From positions 580,354 through 644,353 of the forward strand of contig CAXBLY010000001.1 of the NCBI GenBank assembly GCA_963976865.1: a stretch of 64,000 nt of DNA, in the 5' to 3' direction. A model generated the notes under the pieces. It was not told the DNA's origin and made no database searches. It saw only the letters and a program-made list of their open reading frames with translations. The position numbers and the translations under genes were made by a program. The DNA is from an uncultured Gammaproteobacteria bacterium. Lineage in GTDB: Bacteria > Pseudomonadota > Gammaproteobacteria > UBA4575. Shown here piece by piece: positions 60,076-64,000 of this stretch. Numbering within the stretch: position 1 is the first letter of the stretch; every line of letters starts with the position of its first letter.

Positions 60076-60828
60076 TTACAGTTCCAGCAGTTTTTCCTGC
60101 TCTTCCTTGGAAGGCTCAAATGTTCTGCCTTCATAGTAATCAAAAATGGCTGTGACGACATCGGCAGGCTCATCAACAATCTGCATGAGATCCAGATCTT
60201 TTGCTGAAATGGTGCCGTGCTTAAGCAGTGATTCCTTGAACCAGTCTATTAATCCATGCCAGAAATCAGATTCGACGAGGATGATGGGAATTTTCCTGGA
60301 TTTGCCTGTCTGCACTAAAGTCAGTATCTCGGCCAGTTCGTCAAGGGTGCCAAAGCCACCGGGCAATACAACATAGGCGGATGCATATTTCACGAACATG
60401 ACTTTTCGCGAAAAGAAATGTCTAAAGTTGAGCGAGATATCCTGAAAGGCATTTCCAGATTGCTCATTGGGTAACATAATGTTCAGACCGACACTGGGTG
60501 ATTTGCCCGCAAAAGCTCCCTTGTTGGCCGCTTCCATAATGCCTGGTCCTCCACCGCTAACGACGGTGAAACCGGCATCAGATAATTCCCGTGAAATAGA
60601 TTCAGTGAGTTTATAAAAAGCATGGTCTTCTGGTATGCGCGCCGAACCAAAAATACTCACTGACGGAGCAATTTTTGAAAGACGTTCAAAGCCTTCAACA
60701 AACTCAGCAATAATCTGGAAAATTTTCCAGCTTTCACGTGATAATGTGCTTGAATTGCCTGGGCCGGCGAGTGGCTGTTTCTGTGTTTTATTATCCATGT
60801 GCGATTTTTCCCTTGCGCGAGTGTACAT
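60076..60828 (-). CDS. LOG family protein (cytokinin riboside 5'-monophosphate phosphoribohydrolase-like, TIGR00730)
   Basis: PGGFGTLDELAEILTLVQTGK and GGGPGIMEAANKGA are the diagnostic LOG motifs. Confidence 0.85.
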   Translation of the reverse strand: MYTRAREKSHMDNKTQKQPLAGPGNSSTLSRESWKIFQIIAEFVEGFERLSKIAPSVSIFGSARIPEDHAFYKLTESISRELSDAGFTVVSGGGPGIMEAANKGAFAGKSPSVGLNIMLPNEQSGNAFQDISLNFRHFFSRKVMFVKYASAYVVLPGGFGTLDELAEILTLVQTGKSRKIPIILVESDFWHGLIDWFKESLLKHGTISAKDLDLMQIVDEPADVVTAIFDYYEGRTFEPSKEEQEKLLEL

Positions 60829-60872
60829 GATAACGTTGCCATCCGCTTATCTACAATAATGAAATATTATAA

Positions 60873-63578
60873 TTGCATATGACAACCCCTTCTTTATTAC
60901 TTTTGGTTGATGGTTCTTCTTATTTATACCGTGCGTTTCATGCCTTACCGCCACTGACAAACAAGCAGGGAACACCTACCGGTGCAGTTTATGGTGTGCT
61001 GCGTATGATACGTAAACTCATTGAAGAAGAGCAGCCCGATCGAGTGGCAGTTATTTTTGATGCAAAAGGGAAAACTTTCAGGCATGAGTTATTCAGAGAG
61101 TATAAAGCCAATCGCCCGCCAATGCCTGATGATTTGCGTGTACAAATAGAACCGTTACATGCGCTGATAAAGGCTTTGGGTATCCCGCTCATAACGATAG
61201 ATGGTGTAGAAGCCGACGATGTGATTGGCACATTAGCGCATTCAAAATTTGCTGCAAAACATAATGTGCTCATTTCCACGGGTGATAAGGATATGGCTCA
61301 GTTAGTATCTGAAAAGGTCACACTGATCAATACCATGAATGACACACGCATGGATGTGGATGGGGTGAGTGAAAAGTTTGGCATATCACCTGCGCAGATC
61401 ATAGATTATCTGGCGTTGATGGGCGACAGGGTAGATAACATTCCCGGTGTGCCCGGTGTAGGGCCAAAGACAGCGGTCAAGTGGCTGCATCAGTTTGGGA
61501 CTATGCAGGGTGTTATTGATAATCGTGATGAAGTCAAAGGCAAGATAGGAGAAAAATTACGTGCCGCTGTTGATGACCTTCCATTGTCTTATGAACTCGC
61601 CACTATCAAGTGCGATGTTGAATTGGGTATAACGCTGGATGATTTGCAACTCGGGGATAAAGACACTCAAGTACTCGAAAAGCTTTACAGGGAACTGGAT
61701 TTTAATGCCTGGCTGGATGACCTGAAGGATACAGATGCACAAGTCAATGTTCCTGTTTCTTCTGATGCCAAAAATAATTACCAATTAATTCTGACTAAAA
61801 AGGAATTAAAAGTATGGGCGAAAAAATTAAAGCGAGCTGAAATTTTCGCGTTTGACACGGAAACTGACAGTCTCGATTACATGCAAGCCAATTTAGTTGG
61901 CATGTCATTCTCTGTGCAGGCAGGTGAAGCCGCGTATTTGCCTATTGCACACGACTATGAGGGTGCTCCCCAACAGTTGACATTAGAGGATGTGCTGGAA
62001 GAGATTGGAGATATTTTAAAAGATTCCAGTGTCGCGAAAGTGGGGCATAATCTTAAGTATGATCAATCAGTGCTGTCACGCCATGATATAACTCTCGGTG
62101 GAATACAGCATGATACGATGCTTGAATCCTATATTGTAAATTCCACTGCCAGTCGTCACGATCTCGATACATTAAGCGAATTGTATCTGGGGCATAAGAA
62201 CATCAAGTTTGAAGATGTGGCTGGCAAGGGTAAAAAGCAAATTACCTTTAATCAGGTGCCGTTGGATGTCGCTCTGGATTATGCGGCAGAAGATGCTGAT
62301 ATGTCCCTGCAGTTGCATCAATACTTCTGGCCTCAATTATCCAAACTGGAAAAGCAGCAAGCGTTATATCGCGATATCGAAGTACCGATGCTGTCAGTAC
62401 TTTCGCGTCTTGAATGCAATGGAGTACTGGTAGATTCGAATTTGCTTCAAATACAAAGTGAAGAACTGCGCCTGAAAATTACTGAGCTGGAAAAACAGGC
62501 GTATGCAACGATTGGTGAAGAGTTTAATCTGGACTCACCCAAGCAGTTACAAAAAATATTGTTTGAGCAATTGGAATTACCCGTCATCAGAAAGACACCC
62601 AAAGGCCAGCCATCCACGGCCGAAGATGTACTGCAGGAACTGGCAAGTGATTATGAATTTCCGGAAATGATCCTTAAATATCGATCGCTGAAAAAATTAA
62701 AAACCACTTATGTAGATAAATTGCCAAAACAGATCTGTGAGTCAACCGGTCGTGTACATACTTCGTATCACCAGGCGGTTGCCTCAACAGGAAGGCTTTC
62801 ATCAACAGACCCGAATTTACAAAATATTCCTATACGCACTGAAGAGGGACGGCGCATACGCCAGGCATTCATAGCAAATAAAGACTGCTCTTTACTGGCC
62901 GCCGATTATTCTCAGATTGAGCTGAGAATCATGGCACACCTGTCCAATGACGAAAGACTGGTAGCCGCGTTTGCAGAAGGTAAAGATGTGCACACTGCAA
63001 CTGCTGCGGAAGTATTTTCAGTTGATATTAATGAAGTTTCAAAAGACCAGCGTCGTGCGGCCAAAGCCGTAAATTTTGGTTTGATTTACGGTATGTCTGC
63101 GTTTGGCCTGGGTAAACAACTCGGCGTACATCGTGGTGAGGCGCAAAGCTACATTGATTTATACTTCGAGCGTTATCCGGGTGTAAAAAAATACATGTAT
63201 GAAACGCGCGAGCTTGCTCATGAGCAGGGGTTTATAGAAACAATGTTTGGACGTCGTTTGTATTTACCAGAAATTAATTCGCGAAATGCGCAGCGTCGTC
63301 AGTATGCAGAGCGTACTGCGATTAATGCACCGATGCAGGGAAGTGCTGCAGATATCATTAAACGCGCCATGATCGCGATAGATGAGTGGATTTTTGAATC
63401 GTCAAAGCCCATTACCATGATTATGCAGGTACATGACGAACTGGTATTTGAAATCGAAGATACCTTTCTGCAGGAAGCAAGGGAAAACATTATAAAGTGT
63501 ATGGTATCTGCCGCAGATTTAACCGTGCCTCTGGAAGTCGATGCCAATACTGGTCTCAACTGGGATGAGGCCCATTGA
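60873..63578 (+). CDS. polA: DNA polymerase I
   Basis: 5'-3' exonuclease, 3'-5' exonuclease and polymerase domains (RRAAKAVNFGLIYG, QVHDELVFE). 901 aa. Confidence 0.95.
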   Translation: MHMTTPSLLLLVDGSSYLYRAFHALPPLTNKQGTPTGAVYGVLRMIRKLIEEEQPDRVAVIFDAKGKTFRHELFREYKANRPPMPDDLRVQIEPLHALIKALGIPLITIDGVEADDVIGTLAHSKFAAKHNVLISTGDKDMAQLVSEKVTLINTMNDTRMDVDGVSEKFGISPAQIIDYLALMGDRVDNIPGVPGVGPKTAVKWLHQFGTMQGVIDNRDEVKGKIGEKLRAAVDDLPLSYELATIKCDVELGITLDDLQLGDKDTQVLEKLYRELDFNAWLDDLKDTDAQVNVPVSSDAKNNYQLILTKKELKVWAKKLKRAEIFAFDTETDSLDYMQANLVGMSFSVQAGEAAYLPIAHDYEGAPQQLTLEDVLEEIGDILKDSSVAKVGHNLKYDQSVLSRHDITLGGIQHDTMLESYIVNSTASRHDLDTLSELYLGHKNIKFEDVAGKGKKQITFNQVPLDVALDYAAEDADMSLQLHQYFWPQLSKLEKQQALYRDIEVPMLSVLSRLECNGVLVDSNLLQIQSEELRLKITELEKQAYATIGEEFNLDSPKQLQKILFEQLELPVIRKTPKGQPSTAEDVLQELASDYEFPEMILKYRSLKKLKTTYVDKLPKQICESTGRVHTSYHQAVASTGRLSSTDPNLQNIPIRTEEGRRIRQAFIANKDCSLLAADYSQIELRIMAHLSNDERLVAAFAEGKDVHTATAAEVFSVDINEVSKDQRRAAKAVNFGLIYGMSAFGLGKQLGVHRGEAQSYIDLYFERYPGVKKYMYETRELAHEQGFIETMFGRRLYLPEINSRNAQRRQYAERTAINAPMQGSAADIIKRAMIAIDEWIFESSKPITMIMQVHDELVFEIEDTFLQEARENIIKCMVSAADLTVPLEVDANTGLNWDEAH

Positions 63579-63715
63579 TCGCGAGGCCAGAACCACTAAT
63601 CGAGTCTGCTCACTAGAGACCAGGCGGGTTCTTATAATTCTCAGCTAACCGCACTTGCGTACTCAGCAGAAGATTGAGGCGTGAGAAGGATCTCAAACAG
63701 GATGAGGATAAGTAT

Positions 63716-64000
63716 ATGATTCGCAATATTATAGTGGGGACAACGCTGTTAATCAGTTCTTCAGCGTTTGCATTGGATTTGCAACGGGAAGAGCTTTTGA
63801 ACCTGTATCATGGAGTCGATTCAGGTCAGACCAGTATAGCTTCGAAAGCATGGGTGAATTTATCTACCGGCATTGCTGCAGACTATCAGGGCAATGAGCA
63901 GGATGAAATTAAATTTACGCCATTACAGGAAGCACAAACAAAAGTGGGCGTATTTACAAGCGACTCACTGCATAAAGCGCTGACTGAAAACAGTGACTAT
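63716..64000 (+). CDS. secreted protein of unknown function (partial, continues beyond window)
   Basis: ATG after GAGGA RBS. Signal peptide MIRNIIVGTTLLISSSAFA. Open to the window end. Confidence 0.5.
   Translation, partial: MIRNIIVGTTLLISSSAFALDLQREELLNLYHGVDSGQTSIASKAWVNLSTGIAADYQGNEQDEIKFTPLQEAQTKVGVFTSDSLHKALTENSDY

Noticed and set aside
60033-60179. 49-aa N-terminal extension of dctQ in the ORF track
   Set aside because: It would overlap the LOG gene by about 100 nt. DctQ proteins are about 160-180 aa, and MLVQTQSLINRF at 60032 gives the expected length.
63579-63715. Possible Spot 42-like sRNA or terminator downstream of polA
   Set aside because: In enterics spf follows polA, but this 137-nt spacer shows no similarity to Spot 42 and no convincing hairpin plus U-run. 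It only carries a TATAAT-like box for the next gene.
1-64000. CRISPR arrays, tRNA/rRNA genes, IS elements, prophage or defence islands
   Set aside because: No spacer-repeat periodicity. No intergenic region with tRNA-like length or composition. No transposase or integrase other than the chromosomal xerC. Gene content is core housekeeping with conserved synteny.

Overview
The window reads as a moderately AT-rich gammaproteobacterial chromosome segment of mostly core genes, with Pseudomonas-like synteny. I saw no IS elements, integrases other than xerC, CRISPR arrays, tRNAs or rRNAs.

Gene content, in order:
- **1-16.4 kb, a phosphate island.** A partial ppk runs off the 5' end. It is followed by a minus-strand operon of an LpxH/PlcP-like metallophosphoesterase plus two GT4 glycosyltransferases, with a divergent PAP2 phosphatase. 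Next come an OprP-like porin behind a textbook Pho box, phoB-phoR, pstS, long-form pstC and pstA, pstB and phoU, with several rho-independent terminators.
- **16.4-18 kb.** A 26-aa hydrophobic sORF and two tandem paralogous hypothetical proteins.
- **18-24.8 kb.** A yiaD-like OmpA lipoprotein, then gmk-rpoZ-spoT-ridA-recG.
- **24.8-28 kb.** A small membrane protein, a BASS transporter, a Rieske protein, an NTF2-like protein and an MFS transporter.
- **28.2-35.5 kb.** A 10-gene Mrp-like (CPA3) antiporter cluster.
- **35.5-42.3 kb.** An epimerase, then hemY-hemX-hemD-hemC-algR-algZ on the minus strand.
- **42.4-60 kb.** Divergent argH, an esterase, lptM-lysA-(CoA-binding)-dapF-yigA-xerC, hslVU, a DUF971 protein, ubiE-ubiJ-ubiB, uvrD, and a split TRAP transporter (dctP on plus, dctQM on minus) with a small membrane ORF between.
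- **60-64 kb.** A LOG-family gene, polA and a partial secreted protein.

The most unusual signals:
- The Mrp-like cluster has an archaeal Mbh/Mbx-like gene order, a split MrpA and three antiporter subunits.
- A putative PlcP/GT4 lipid-remodelling module sits beside the Pho regulon.
- Several conserved palindromic or direct-repeat motifs fall in regulatory positions.
- The uncharacterised paralog pair and the sORF lie next to phoU.
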